DNA from: Oscillospiraceae bacterium | GTDB taxonomy: Bacteria; Bacillota; Clostridia; Oscillospirales; CAG-272 | DNA length: 64,000 bases | Direction: 5' to 3' | Assembly: GCA_015064095.1 (NCBI GenBank) | Contig: SVSW01000003.1 | Coordinates: 4,882-68,881 of the forward strand | In this document: positions 25,796 through 35,839 of the stretch, piece after piece | Layout: every line of letters begins with the position of its first letter | How positions within the stretch are numbered: position 1 is the stretch's first letter | Notes under the pieces: generated by a model | What the model was told of the DNA's origin: nothing | What the model saw: the letters and a program-made list of their open reading frames with translations, nothing else | Database searches by the model: none | Position numbers and translations under genes: made by a program

Positions 25796-26499
25796 TGGTA
25801 TATATCACCGAGCTGCATTGCCATTCCGGCGAGGTCAGTAACTGTGCATCTGCGACGGCGCAGGAGATAATCGATGCGTACTGCGCCGCCGGTTACACCT
25901 CACTTGTACTGACAAATCATTTCAGCCGTTATACTTTCGCCGGAACACGCGGAAAGTTTACGGGCGACCCTGAAAATCATGATGAACGCGTTGATTTTTT
26001 CATGAGTGGTTATCAAAAAATGAAAGCTCTCGCCGGTGATCGCTTAAACATACTTTTCGGGCTTGAGCTGCGTTCAAACCGCGATGGGAATGATTACTTG
26101 ATATACGGCGTTGATGAGGATTTTTTGCGAGACCGCCCCAATATTATGGATACCTCTATGACCGCACTGCACGAGGACATCAATGCCGCGGGCGGTCTGC
26201 TCTTTAAAGCCCACCCGTTCAGGAATTCTGAAAAAATTTGCCCACCCGAAATGCTTGACGGAATTGAAGTCTTTAACGGCAGCGGGCACGATTCAAGAAA
26301 TGATATTGCACTGCTTTGGGCTAAAAGATACGGACTTCTTATGAGCTCCGGCAGCGATTTTCACAGTTCCGGGAACAACATAAACGGCGGAATTATCACG
26401 GACATGCCTATAACGAACGAAAAACAACTTGTTAATATTTTAAAAGCTCAAAATCTTGATCTGCTCCATGCAGGTGAATATCCTAAAGAAAAAATTTAA
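25795..26499 (+). CDS. PHP-domain (polymerase/histidinol-phosphatase-like) metal-dependent phosphoesterase
   Basis: ELHCHSGEVSNC N-terminal His motif, with later H/D motifs (KAHPFR, SGSDFH). The start overlaps the gpmI stop by 1 nt. Confidence 0.7.
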   Translation: MVYITELHCHSGEVSNCASATAQEIIDAYCAAGYTSLVLTNHFSRYTFAGTRGKFTGDPENHDERVDFFMSGYQKMKALAGDRLNILFGLELRSNRDGNDYLIYGVDEDFLRDRPNIMDTSMTALHEDINAAGGLLFKAHPFRNSEKICPPEMLDGIEVFNGSGHDSRNDIALLWAKRYGLLMSSGSDFHSSGNNINGGIITDMPITNEKQLVNILKAQNLDLLHAGEYPKEKI

Positions 26500-26506
26500 A
26501 AAATCA

Positions 26507-26535
26507 GGCGGAGCCAAGAGGCTCCGCCGTTTTTT
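26507..26535. terminator. Bidirectional terminator
   Basis: GGCGGAGCC / GGCTCCGCC stem, loop AAGA, T-run downstream and A-run upstream. Confidence 0.65.
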
Positions 26536-27673
26536 ATATATCCATTTTAATCTGTGCCGTTTGTGTTGCTCTGTGCTTTTCTACAAGTGCATTGATACGC
26601 TTGACGGGATTCAGAAGCTCGCTTATCGTTTCGTCGTGATTAAGCGTGTCGATTATATATGCGACATATTTGCACATATTGACCTCTACATACCAATCAC
26701 ACGCAAGAACATCGGGGCGAACGTAAACCAGATTTGTGGTAAAGACCTTGTCGATGATGCCGTCCTCATGTGCCTTGGTAAATTTAGCGGGGCCGTCTGT
26801 GAAAAGTCCGAAGGTTGCAAACGCGAAAACTCTCTTTACGCCCTTTTGCTTGAGCTGGTATGCAACGTCAATGAGTGAATCTCCGGAGGAGATCATATCG
26901 TCTGCTATAATAACGTCCTTGCCGGTCAGATCAGGGCCGAGATACTCGTGCGCAACTATCGGATTTCTGCCGTTGACTATTCTTGAATAATCGCGGCGCT
27001 TATAGAACATACCGATATCAACACCTATAACCGAAGAATAATACATGCTTCTGTCCATTGCGCCCTCATCGGGAGAGATTATGATAAGATCTTCCTTGTC
27101 GAGCATTATATCAGGTACGGCACGTACGAGCGCCTTATACATTTGGTAAGTAGGACGGACGCTGTCAAAGCCGCAAAACGGGATCGCGTTTTGAACTCTC
27201 GGGTCGTGTGCGTCAAAGGTGATTATGTTCTCAACCCCAATAGACTCAAGCTCCTGAAGCATAACGGCGCAGTCAAGCGACTCTCTTGCCGTTCTCTTAT
27301 GCTGACGTCCCTCGTAAAGCATGGGCATTATGAGCGAAACGCGGCGGGCTTTACCGGCTATCGCAGATATAACTCTCTTTATATCAGCGAAATGATCGTC
27401 GGGACTCATGGGAACGGTTATTCCGTGCATTTTGTACGTAACACCGTAATTGAAAACATCTGCGATGATATAAACATCGTGTCCGCGGAGCGACTGATGA
27501 AGCAATGCTTTACCCTCTCCCGAACCGAAGCGAGGGCATTCGGCCTCCGTTATAAAGCTTATGTTTTCCCCGTTGCCTCTCCACTCTTTTAAGTAGTAAT
27601 CCACCTGCGAAATAAACTGCTCGCAGCCTCTCATTGCGATAACGCTGAGCTCACCGTAAAGCGCTTCCTTCAT
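26534..27673 (-). CDS. prs: Ribose-phosphate pyrophosphokinase (long form)
   Basis: PRPP-binding loop VIIADDMISSGDSL and the overall Prs layout; 379 aa. Confidence 0.8.
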   Translation of the reverse strand: MKEALYGELSVIAMRGCEQFISQVDYYLKEWRGNGENISFITEAECPRFGSGEGKALLHQSLRGHDVYIIADVFNYGVTYKMHGITVPMSPDDHFADIKRVISAIAGKARRVSLIMPMLYEGRQHKRTARESLDCAVMLQELESIGVENIITFDAHDPRVQNAIPFCGFDSVRPTYQMYKALVRAVPDIMLDKEDLIIISPDEGAMDRSMYYSSVIGVDIGMFYKRRDYSRIVNGRNPIVAHEYLGPDLTGKDVIIADDMISSGDSLIDVAYQLKQKGVKRVFAFATFGLFTDGPAKFTKAHEDGIIDKVFTTNLVYVRPDVLACDWYVEVNMCKYVAYIIDTLNHDETISELLNPVKRINALVEKHRATQTAQIKMDI

Positions 27674-27774
27674 ATTTCCTCCGGATATTTAAATGTCTTG
27701 TATTTTTAAATACACTATATTATAGCATACTTTTACGTCTTTGAAAAGGCTTTTTCGAAATTTTTAATTTTTTG

Positions 27775-28743
27775 TCATATCCAGCCGAGATTTGTCAGCA
27801 AAAACAGTCCCAAAAACAGAGTAAATGTACAAATGACGGTGGAAAGCAAAAGGATTTGACCTGCTACCTCGGCATCACTTTTCATGCTCTTTGCCATAAT
27901 ATAGCTGCTGACGGCGGACGGCGTGCCAAACGTGACGAATATGACGGCAAGCTCCGTGCCCGAAAAGCCGAACACAAGATGTGCAACGGGAACTGCGATA
28001 AACGGCAGAACGAGCGTTTTATATATTGCGCACGGCAAGGAATATTTGAGCTTTCCGCGAAGTGCCGTGAACGAAAATCCCGCCCCCAGCGCGATAAGCA
28101 CGAGTGCCTCCGTACAAACGGACAAGGCATCAAGCGTTTCCGTAACGAATCCGATCTCGGACGGTATCTTAATACCGAACGCAAGGAACAAAACACCGAG
28201 AAGCGACGAAATTATCAAAGGATTCGTGGCAACTGACTTTATTATTGACATGCCGAGCTGTCCCAAGGTCTTTTTGCTGTCCTTTGGCGCAAAAATATTA
28301 AGCTCCACTACCGTATAAACATTAAAAAGCGTTACAGCATAAGGCAATAGCATCGAGACCATAAAGCGCCCCTCAGCACCCGCTATGCTGCCGATAAGCG
28401 GCAAGCCGAGCACGGCGAGATTTGAACGGTAGCAGTTCTGTATCACAGCACCGCGCACGCCGTTATCCTTGATGATAAGCGGAACGCAAAGAACGCCGAC
28501 AAGAAACGCAACGGTTACCGCCACGCAAACGAAAACCGTCATGTCAACCGTGTTGAGCGTTCCCGAGCCCGAAATTATGCTTAAAAATATCTGGCACGGC
28601 AGGGCGATCTTGAAAACGAATTTTTCCGCGTCCTCGTAGAATTGCTTTGAAAGGAATTTCGTTTTATTCAAGATATATCCGAGCACCACCAAAAGAAAGA
28701 TCGGTAAAACCGCATTTGCACTTAAAAGAAAATTATTCCACAT
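27775..28743 (-). CDS. AEC (auxin efflux carrier) family transporter
   Basis: 322 aa with ~10 hydrophobic spans. N-terminus (LSANAVLPIFLLVVLGYIL) is typical of the family. Confidence 0.7.
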   Translation of the reverse strand: MWNNFLLSANAVLPIFLLVVLGYILNKTKFLSKQFYEDAEKFVFKIALPCQIFLSIISGSGTLNTVDMTVFVCVAVTVAFLVGVLCVPLIIKDNGVRGAVIQNCYRSNLAVLGLPLIGSIAGAEGRFMVSMLLPYAVTLFNVYTVVELNIFAPKDSKKTLGQLGMSIIKSVATNPLIISSLLGVLFLAFGIKIPSEIGFVTETLDALSVCTEALVLIALGAGFSFTALRGKLKYSLPCAIYKTLVLPFIAVPVAHLVFGFSGTELAVIFVTFGTPSAVSSYIMAKSMKSDAEVAGQILLLSTVICTFTLFLGLFLLTNLGWI

Positions 28744-28752
28744 ATGATTTCC

Positions 28753-31146
28753 TTATTTAAACTCTACAACTGTTACGCCGCCGTCGCCTTCTCCGTACTG
28801 ACCTATGCGGAACGACTTTACGCGTCCGTCCGTGCGAAGAAGCTTCCAAAGCGCATTTTTGAGCGCACCCGTTCCCTTTCCGTGGATCAGGTGAACGCTG
28901 TGAAGTCCTGCCACAATGGCATCATCAAAATACTTATCGACGAGCAGCCATGCTTCGTCTCCGTTTTTGCCGCGCAGGTCGATCTCGCTCTTTATCTGCC
29001 GAACTCTGCTCGCGCTGAAATCAGAGGTTGTTACTTTCTTTTTGTCTTTCGTAATAACGTTTATTTCATCGTCGTTGAGCAGCTTGAGATTTTTTTCGCT
29101 TGTGCGCATATCGATGAGCCCTGCGCGCACCATGAGGTTTCCGCGCTTATCTGGCAGTGAGGTGACCACTGCGCGCTTATTTATATTGCGGATCAAAACG
29201 TTATCGCCCTTTCGCAAGGCTCGCGGCAAAACATAATTTTCGTCCTCGTTTCTTTGAACGGGATCGATCTTATCCTCGTTTTCGCGCAAATGCTTTCTTA
29301 TATTGCGGCGCTTTTCGTCAAGCTCGTCGGCAAGGCGTTCCGAATCTTTCGCCTTTTTGAGCTTGTCAAGCTGATCGAAAACGAATTCGCTTGACGCGCG
29401 TGCGGTATTAAGCAGCTCGGTGGACTTTTTCTGGGCGTCCTCAAGCGTTTTTTCAGCCTCGGCTATCTTTGCGGCATATTTTTTATCTGCCTCCGCCTTT
29501 TCGCGTTCAAGCTCGGCTCGTATCTCAGCTGCCTCCGCGCGGTGCTTTTCCATCTCAACTCGGCTCGCCTCAAGCTTGGCTATAACGTCTTCAAAATCAC
29601 GGTCCTCCGAGGAAACTATACCCTTTGCCCGAGTGACTATATTTTCGGGCAATCCGAGCTTTTCGGAGATCGCAAACGCGTTGGATTTTCCCGGTGTTCC
29701 GATTATGAGCTTATATGTCGGCTTTAAGGTATCTATATCAAATTCACACGACGCATTCCGCACGCCTGCGGTATTGAGCGCATATGCTTTAAGCTCGGCA
29801 TAGTGCGTGGTGGCGGCACAAATAACGCCCGCTTCTCTCACTTGCTCGATTATTGCGACTGCAAGTGCTGCTCCCTCGATCGGGTCTGTTCCTGCTCCAA
29901 GCTCATCGAAAAGAACGAGAGTTTTATCTGTCAGATCGTCAAGTATCGAAACGATATTTACCATATGTGAGCTGAAAGTTGAAAGCGAATGCTCAATGCT
30001 CTGCTCATCACCGATATCGGCAAGCATACGGTCAAAAATGCAGACCGACGAGCCGTCCTCGGCAGGAATTTGCAGGCCTGCCTGCGCCATCAGCGACAAA
30101 AGTCCCAAGGTTTTGAGCGTAACCGTCTTGCCGCCCGTATTGGGTCCTGTGACGATCACCGTGTCATATTCTCCGCCGATAGCTATATCGACCGGCACGA
30201 CCTTCTTTTTATCGATCAGCGGGTGACGCGCACGGCGCAGCTCCACTCGGCGCTCGCGGTTTATCGAAGGTGCGGTTGCATTCATACGGAACGCAAGCTC
30301 TCCGCAAGCGAATATGAATGCAAGCTCTGTTATATTGCGATAATTGAGCAGCAGCACGGAAGAACACTCCGCAACATCGGCTGACATTTCGGAGAGTATG
30401 CGCTCTATCTCGTGTGCCTCTTTTGATTCAAGCTCTCGCAGCTCATTATTTGCCTCAACGACGGCGACAGGCTCAACAAAAAGCGTGGCCCCCGATGACG
30501 ATGTGTCATGAACAAGACCGCGGATCTCATTTCTGCACTCGACCTTAACGGGTATTACGTATCTGCCGTTTCGCATCGTGACGATGTTTTCCTGCAAATA
30601 TTTTGAATATTCATTATTTTGCGTATACCGCTGGAGCATATCTCGTATTTTGATATTTATCACGCGTATCTTGCGGCGAATGTCCGCAAGTGCTACCGAT
30701 GCCTCGTCGGCTATCATTTCCTCGGAGATTATCGCGCGAGTGATCTTATCCTCAAGGGATTTATTTGGGATCAAGCGTTCGAATATTTCATCAAGCGAGG
30801 TGTCAAAAAGTCGGTTTGTGCGGATATATTCGAGCAAGCGGCGGCAAACGCGCAGATTGTCCGCAACATCGAGCAGCTCGCGCGGCGTGAGCGTTGCGCC
30901 CTTGACCGCACGCTCGCAGGCATCGGATATATCAATTATCTCACCGAATGACGGCGTGCCCTTGATCCCGATAAGCTTTGCCGCATCTTGTGTGTGACTT
31001 TGGCGAAGAATTATCTCTTCTTCCCTGTCCGTCGGCAAAAGTGCGCGGCAAAGGCCGCGAGCCCCCTCGGTTAGCGCACATTCGGCGAGCAGCTCGCGTA
31101 TTTTATCAAATTCAAGCGTTTTAAGTGTTTTTTCAGAAATCTTCAT
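28753..31146 (-). CDS. mutS2: Endonuclease MutS2
   Basis: 797 aa. Walker A GPNTGGKT, DELGAGTDP, long coiled-coil, and C-terminal Smr domain (DLRGKNGDEA...HLIHGKGTGALK). Confidence 0.9.
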   Translation of the reverse strand: MKISEKTLKTLEFDKIRELLAECALTEGARGLCRALLPTDREEEIILRQSHTQDAAKLIGIKGTPSFGEIIDISDACERAVKGATLTPRELLDVADNLRVCRRLLEYIRTNRLFDTSLDEIFERLIPNKSLEDKITRAIISEEMIADEASVALADIRRKIRVINIKIRDMLQRYTQNNEYSKYLQENIVTMRNGRYVIPVKVECRNEIRGLVHDTSSSGATLFVEPVAVVEANNELRELESKEAHEIERILSEMSADVAECSSVLLLNYRNITELAFIFACGELAFRMNATAPSINRERRVELRRARHPLIDKKKVVPVDIAIGGEYDTVIVTGPNTGGKTVTLKTLGLLSLMAQAGLQIPAEDGSSVCIFDRMLADIGDEQSIEHSLSTFSSHMVNIVSILDDLTDKTLVLFDELGAGTDPIEGAALAVAIIEQVREAGVICAATTHYAELKAYALNTAGVRNASCEFDIDTLKPTYKLIIGTPGKSNAFAISEKLGLPENIVTRAKGIVSSEDRDFEDVIAKLEASRVEMEKHRAEAAEIRAELEREKAEADKKYAAKIAEAEKTLEDAQKKSTELLNTARASSEFVFDQLDKLKKAKDSERLADELDEKRRNIRKHLRENEDKIDPVQRNEDENYVLPRALRKGDNVLIRNINKRAVVTSLPDKRGNLMVRAGLIDMRTSEKNLKLLNDDEINVITKDKKKVTTSDFSASRVRQIKSEIDLRGKNGDEAWLLVDKYFDDAIVAGLHSVHLIHGKGTGALKNALWKLLRTDGRVKSFRIGQYGEGDGGVTVVEFK

Positions 31147-31940
31147 TATCCAAACAAAAGTTTATAAAATTCAAGTGATTCAAAGCCGTGTCCTATATGG
31201 CTCAAAACGTAGGTTTCGGCGACCGCGGCAAACGACGGTAATTCCTCGTCCGTGAGAGTGAACGAAAGAAAACGCGAAATTGGTGCTGAGAGCACAAATC
31301 TAACAGCCTCGGTGACCGACGGGGACATCGGGCACATTATGACCGCCTCGCGTATATCCTCGCTCTTTTCGGCATCTCGCTTTGCGTTTAAAGAGGCTTT
31401 ATGCATACAGTCCTCGCAGAGCATGCGCCCGTTCATGACGTCCATATACATAAACTGTGACTGCGGCTTTTTGCATATCTTACAGCCCTCGATATACGGC
31501 ATATAACCCGAAATTCCCGCAGCATAAAGCTCGTATGCCGCTTTGACTTGGCGTATCGGTCGAATGTCACGCGCGAGTGCGTAATATGCGTTGAGCGTGA
31601 GCTTTAAAATATCGTCGGCCTCCTCGTCCTCGCCCGAAAATTCATATGCCAGATCGGCAATATACGCGGCGACGGACATTTTTTCAACGCTTTTTGAGAT
31701 GCCCATAAAGGCATCTATCACGGTTGCCTCGCGCAGCCAATAAAACCCGCCCTTTTCGTATAGCTCCATTTCGGAATATGTAAAAAGCTGTGTTCCCGAA
31801 AGCGCGCGGCTTTTTATCGAATGTGCGCCCTTTGCCATAACGGTTATCCTGCCGCGCTCGGAGGTCAGAACCGTTAAAAGCTTATCGTTATCGTTTCGGT
31901 CTGTGTCCCGCAGGACAAGACCCCGTATACTGACAGTCAC
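31146..31940 (-). CDS. recO: DNA repair protein RecO
   Basis: OB-fold N-terminus (IRGLVLRDTDRNDNDKLLTVLTSERGRITVMAKG) and Cys-rich zinc motif (CKICKK...CEDC). GTG start gives a GTGA overlap with the era stop. Confidence 0.8.
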   Translation of the reverse strand: MTVSIRGLVLRDTDRNDNDKLLTVLTSERGRITVMAKGAHSIKSRALSGTQLFTYSEMELYEKGGFYWLREATVIDAFMGISKSVEKMSVAAYIADLAYEFSGEDEEADDILKLTLNAYYALARDIRPIRQVKAAYELYAAGISGYMPYIEGCKICKKPQSQFMYMDVMNGRMLCEDCMHKASLNAKRDAEKSEDIREAVIMCPMSPSVTEAVRFVLSAPISRFLSFTLTDEELPSFAAVAETYVLSHIGHGFESLEFYKLLFG

Positions 31941-32821
31941 TCTTCTCTGTATCCGAAATTGCTGACGAGGTGTGCTGAATCTCGCCAATTTTCCTTGATC
32001 TTGACCCAAAGATTGAGATATACCTTTATGCCGAAGATCTTTTCCATATCCTGTCGCGCATAGCTGCCGACACGCTTTAAAGTTTCGCCGTTCTTGCCGA
32101 CGATAATGCCCTTATGCGATGCCTTTTCACAGAAAATTTCGGCTCGTATGCGCAGCATTGTTTTTTCGTCCGTAAATTCCTCGATCACAACGGCGATCCC
32201 GTGAGGAACTTCCTTATCAAGTGCGCGGAGCAGCTTTTCGCGTACGATCTCAGCGGCGATCTGGCGCTCGGGCTGATCGGTCACGATATCGTCGGGGAAA
32301 AACCAATCGGACTCTCCGAGGAATTTTGAACATTCCGAAAGCACCGCCGCCACCTGCTCGCCTTTTTTGGCGCAGATCGGCACGAAAGCATCAAAGCCGT
32401 GAAGTACTGCGTATTCTTTTATCGTATCGGCGATCTCATTTGCGTCCGAAAGATCGGTCTTGTTTATTGCGAGCACTGACGGAACATCGTTATTTTTCAA
32501 GTAATCAATAACATTTTTTTCAACATCACCCGCCGGGCGTCCCGCCTCAACGACAAGCACTATGGCATCTGCGTCCTGCATCGTGGTGTTCGCACTCTTG
32601 ACCATATAATCGCCGAGCGCGTTGCGCGGCGAAAAGATACCGGGTGTGTCGATGAAAACGAACTGATCTTCGCCCTTTGTGTGTATTCCGACGATCCTGT
32701 TTCGCGTGGTCTGCGGTTTGTTTGAAACTATTGCGACCTTCTCGCCGAGAATTGCATTAAGAAGCGTTGATTTGCCGACGTTCGGTCTGCCAACTATTGC
32801 TATAAATCCTGTTCTTTTCAT
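31937..32821 (-). CDS. era: GTPase Era
   Basis: G1 GRPNVGKST and G3 DTPG, with a KH-type C-terminal domain. Start at the internal ATG (MKRTGF). Confidence 0.9.
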   Translation of the reverse strand: MKRTGFIAIVGRPNVGKSTLLNAILGEKVAIVSNKPQTTRNRIVGIHTKGEDQFVFIDTPGIFSPRNALGDYMVKSANTTMQDADAIVLVVEAGRPAGDVEKNVIDYLKNNDVPSVLAINKTDLSDANEIADTIKEYAVLHGFDAFVPICAKKGEQVAAVLSECSKFLGESDWFFPDDIVTDQPERQIAAEIVREKLLRALDKEVPHGIAVVIEEFTDEKTMLRIRAEIFCEKASHKGIIVGKNGETLKRVGSYARQDMEKIFGIKVYLNLWVKIKENWRDSAHLVSNFGYREE

Positions 32822-32822
32822 A

Positions 32823-33323
32823 TCAGTCTCTTTCTTTATCAAAATATTCAAGGTCTTTTGCGAGAACTTTTATTATTATCTTTTGGCGACCGATCATTTC
32901 TTTTTCGTCCGTCTCGCACGTTACGTGATCGTATCCCAGCAGGTGAAGCATTGAATGAACCGTTAAAAATGCTGCTTCATGCTCAAAGCTATGCCCGAGC
33001 TCTGCTGCTTGCTCGGCTATCCTTTCGGTTGAAAGCACGATATCTCCGAGCACCTTTTCTTCGTCTGATGCAAAGTCGATCCCGTCCGCCTCAAAATCTA
33101 TTTGGGGAAACGAAAGCACGTCGGTCGGTGCGTCGATATTTCTGTACTCCGCGTTTATCTTTTTTATGCCCTCATTATCCGTGAAGGTCACTGAAATTTC
33201 ACAAAGCCCGCCGACGCGCTCGCACATCAAGGTTGCTATAACGGCGCGGCGAATGAGCATTTGTAAATTATAATCTACTAAAACCCTTGACTGTCTGTTC
33301 TCAAAATATATTTTAGCGTTCAT
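32823..33323 (-). CDS. ybeY: rRNA maturation endoribonuclease YbeY
   Basis: HSMLHLLGYDH zinc motif. Confidence 0.9.
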   Translation of the reverse strand: MNAKIYFENRQSRVLVDYNLQMLIRRAVIATLMCERVGGLCEISVTFTDNEGIKKINAEYRNIDAPTDVLSFPQIDFEADGIDFASDEEKVLGDIVLSTERIAEQAAELGHSFEHEAAFLTVHSMLHLLGYDHVTCETDEKEMIGRQKIIIKVLAKDLEYFDKERD

Positions 33324-34329
33324 TTTTCTTTTTATCCTTTGCGGCGGCACGCTCCTGGCGCAGTCTTGCCTGCTCCTTTTCGTATTTATCATATGCCACT
33401 ATTATTTTTTGGACGAGCTTATGGCGCACAACGTCGCGCTCCGTGAAATAGTGCGTTGCAATATCGTCAATGCCCGAAATTATCTTGATCGCCGCGGCAA
33501 GACCGCTTTTTTGACCGTCCGGAAGGTCGGTCTGCGTCAAATCTCCCGTTATAACTGCCTTTGAGTTGTTTCCAAGACGGGTGAGAAACATTTTCATCTG
33601 CTCGGGTGTCGCATTTTGAGCCTCGTCAAAGATGATAAACGAATCATCGAGCGTGCGTCCTCGCATATATGCCAGCGGAGCTATTTCTATCGTTTGCTTT
33701 TCGAGATTGTGCTGATAATTATCTGCCCCCATAAACTCAAAAAGCGCATCGTAAAGCGGACGGAGATATGGGTCTATCTTGCTTTGCAGATCGCCCGGCA
33801 AAAATCCCAGCTTCTCCCCTGCCTCGATTGCCGGCCGCGTCAAAATTATCCTTGACACCTGCTTGTCCCGCAGGGCTTTGACCGCCATCGCAACAGCGAG
33901 GAAGGTCTTGCCCGTTCCGGCAGGACCAACGCCGAAAACGACCGTGTTTTTGCGTATTGTATCAACGTAGAGCTTCTGCCCGACGGTTCTTGCCTTTATC
34001 GGGCGGCCGCGAGATGTGATGCATATACAGTCGTCACCGAACGATGAAAGCTCATCTGCCTTGCCGTCAATAACCATATCTATTACATATTTGACAGTCT
34101 GCTCTGTCAACACCTCGCTGTATGCGGACATCTCCGCAAGCGAGGTAAGAGCCTGCGCCGCCTCGGCGACCGCTTCTGCATCCTCGCCCGATACCGAGAT
34201 CCCCTCGGCGTTGTTCGAAACGAGCACCCGCCATTCCTTTTCTATCATTCGTGCATTGACATCGTAGCTTCCGAATATCTTTGCAACGGTTTCGGCATTG
34301 TCAAGCGTTATAAATCTGCGCTCCATCAA
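33313..34329 (-). CDS. phoH: PhoH-family ATPase
   Basis: Walker A GPAGTGKTFLAVA and FIIFDEAQN; 338 aa. Confidence 0.85.
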   Translation of the reverse strand: MMERRFITLDNAETVAKIFGSYDVNARMIEKEWRVLVSNNAEGISVSGEDAEAVAEAAQALTSLAEMSAYSEVLTEQTVKYVIDMVIDGKADELSSFGDDCICITSRGRPIKARTVGQKLYVDTIRKNTVVFGVGPAGTGKTFLAVAMAVKALRDKQVSRIILTRPAIEAGEKLGFLPGDLQSKIDPYLRPLYDALFEFMGADNYQHNLEKQTIEIAPLAYMRGRTLDDSFIIFDEAQNATPEQMKMFLTRLGNNSKAVITGDLTQTDLPDGQKSGLAAAIKIISGIDDIATHYFTERDVVRHKLVQKIIVAYDKYEKEQARLRQERAAAKDKKKNER

Positions 34330-35495
34330 TAACTCCCTTTAAATTCTATAATTTTAGCGATATTTTCAAGACAGGTCAGCTCCGATACGATGATACACGC
34401 GTTATCCGTAAAAAACACGGTGTCGTTTCTTTTAAGTATCTGTTCTGCGCCGAGCGCGGCGATCTTTTTTTCAAGCTCCGAGGCAGCGAGAGCCTTTGCC
34501 TCGTCCCGAGTTCTTTTTGAAACAACTGTTTTATACTCCACATATATATCGCTCTGCCGTTCAAGCGGCAATGAGCTGCCTAAAAAATCGAATTTTTCCC
34601 CTTCTACTATTTTATCACATGTTGACCCCAAATTTCCATAGTTTCTCGAAACTTTTATCGAATTTCCGAAAAAAATTATATAATTTTCTCGAAATACGCG
34701 TCCCGTTTCGACTTTTTCCTCATATTCAAACGGAATTTCCACGGTTACGGTTCGAAAAGTGCGAGCGATCACCCTCCCCGATGCGTGTGTCAAATGCAGT
34801 CCCGGGGTCTTTTCTCCGTATGCTCCGCTGATGAGCAGCTCTCCTGCGCGTACGATGTCACCGACCTCGACTACACGCAGTCCGCTGTACGTTATCATCT
34901 CAACGATCTCACCGTCATATGACGCAACGACGTTTGACGGCAGGCTCGGCTCTTTTTTCGGCGGAGTTTTCTTTTCCTCTACCTCGACATATGCAACAGT
35001 GCCCTTCATATTGACCGAGATCCAGCCGATATTCTCAGAATTGCGCAAAAACAGATTCTCAACGGCGTCGGCGGAAAAAGCGCGAAGATCCGTTCCGCGA
35101 GCAAATCCGCATTCGGCAAGTCCCGCTTCGACCGCCGCCGCGTCAAAGCCTTCATATCCCGAAATGCGTATATCCCAAACGTAATTTTGCGAGATCGCGA
35201 TGAGCGCGGCGGCAAACACCGTTCCGATGACAAGTCCGCCGCGCGAAAAAAAGCGAGCAATATAACGTGGCGCGCCCGAAAGCTCGCCGAGCTCGGCGAG
35301 CACGCCGTATTCACGGCAACGCGCGGCTATACGCCGCGCGACCGCGGGCGCGCCAACTACATATGTTTTACCGTCGAACGAGCCCATTTTGTAATAAGAA
35401 AATCTGTATTTCATACAGATATTAAGCAAGGTCGCACCGTGCTCGGCGTCAACTGACACTCGGCGCGAGCCGAAGATCAAAGCAAACAATTTCAT
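34326..35495 (-). CDS. yqfD: Sporulation protein YqfD
   Basis: 389 aa. Characteristic N-terminus (VSVDAEHGATLLNICMKYRF) and position between yqfC and phoH. Confidence 0.75.
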   Translation of the reverse strand: MKLFALIFGSRRVSVDAEHGATLLNICMKYRFSYYKMGSFDGKTYVVGAPAVARRIAARCREYGVLAELGELSGAPRYIARFFSRGGLVIGTVFAAALIAISQNYVWDIRISGYEGFDAAAVEAGLAECGFARGTDLRAFSADAVENLFLRNSENIGWISVNMKGTVAYVEVEEKKTPPKKEPSLPSNVVASYDGEIVEMITYSGLRVVEVGDIVRAGELLISGAYGEKTPGLHLTHASGRVIARTFRTVTVEIPFEYEEKVETGRVFRENYIIFFGNSIKVSRNYGNLGSTCDKIVEGEKFDFLGSSLPLERQSDIYVEYKTVVSKRTRDEAKALAASELEKKIAALGAEQILKRNDTVFFTDNACIIVSELTCLENIAKIIEFKGSY

Positions 35496-35497
35496 TT

Positions 35498-35782
35498 TCA
35501 GTCCTCAAATTCCATTATATTGACACGGCCGCTTATCAACACCTCACCGCCCGTGTAACTGTCGCAGGTAAGGTCCTTTCCTCCGATGGAGAGCTTTGAA
35601 TCCCGAAGGCGCAGGCGGATAAGGCTCGGCGAATAATCAATTATTCCGCGGCAGCCGCCCACGGCAAGACTGCTTCGTCCGCGAAGCTCAAGACGACAGC
35701 CACCGAGTATTATCTCCGGCTGAATATCATATTTTTCGCTGATTTTTGCGGCAAAAGAGCCGGTCTTTCTCTTTTTTGTCAT
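35498..35782 (-). CDS. yqfC: Sporulation protein YqfC (YabP family)
   Basis: 94 aa from the internal ATG. YabP-like pattern (LELRGRSSLAVGGCRGIIDYS...LISGRVNIMEF). Confidence 0.7.
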   Translation of the reverse strand: MTKKRKTGSFAAKISEKYDIQPEIILGGCRLELRGRSSLAVGGCRGIIDYSPSLIRLRLRDSKLSIGGKDLTCDSYTGGEVLISGRVNIMEFED

Positions 35783-35839
35783 ACTGCACTCCGAAAAAAG
35801 ATATATTTTAATAAAATTTATGATAACGGGAGAAAAACA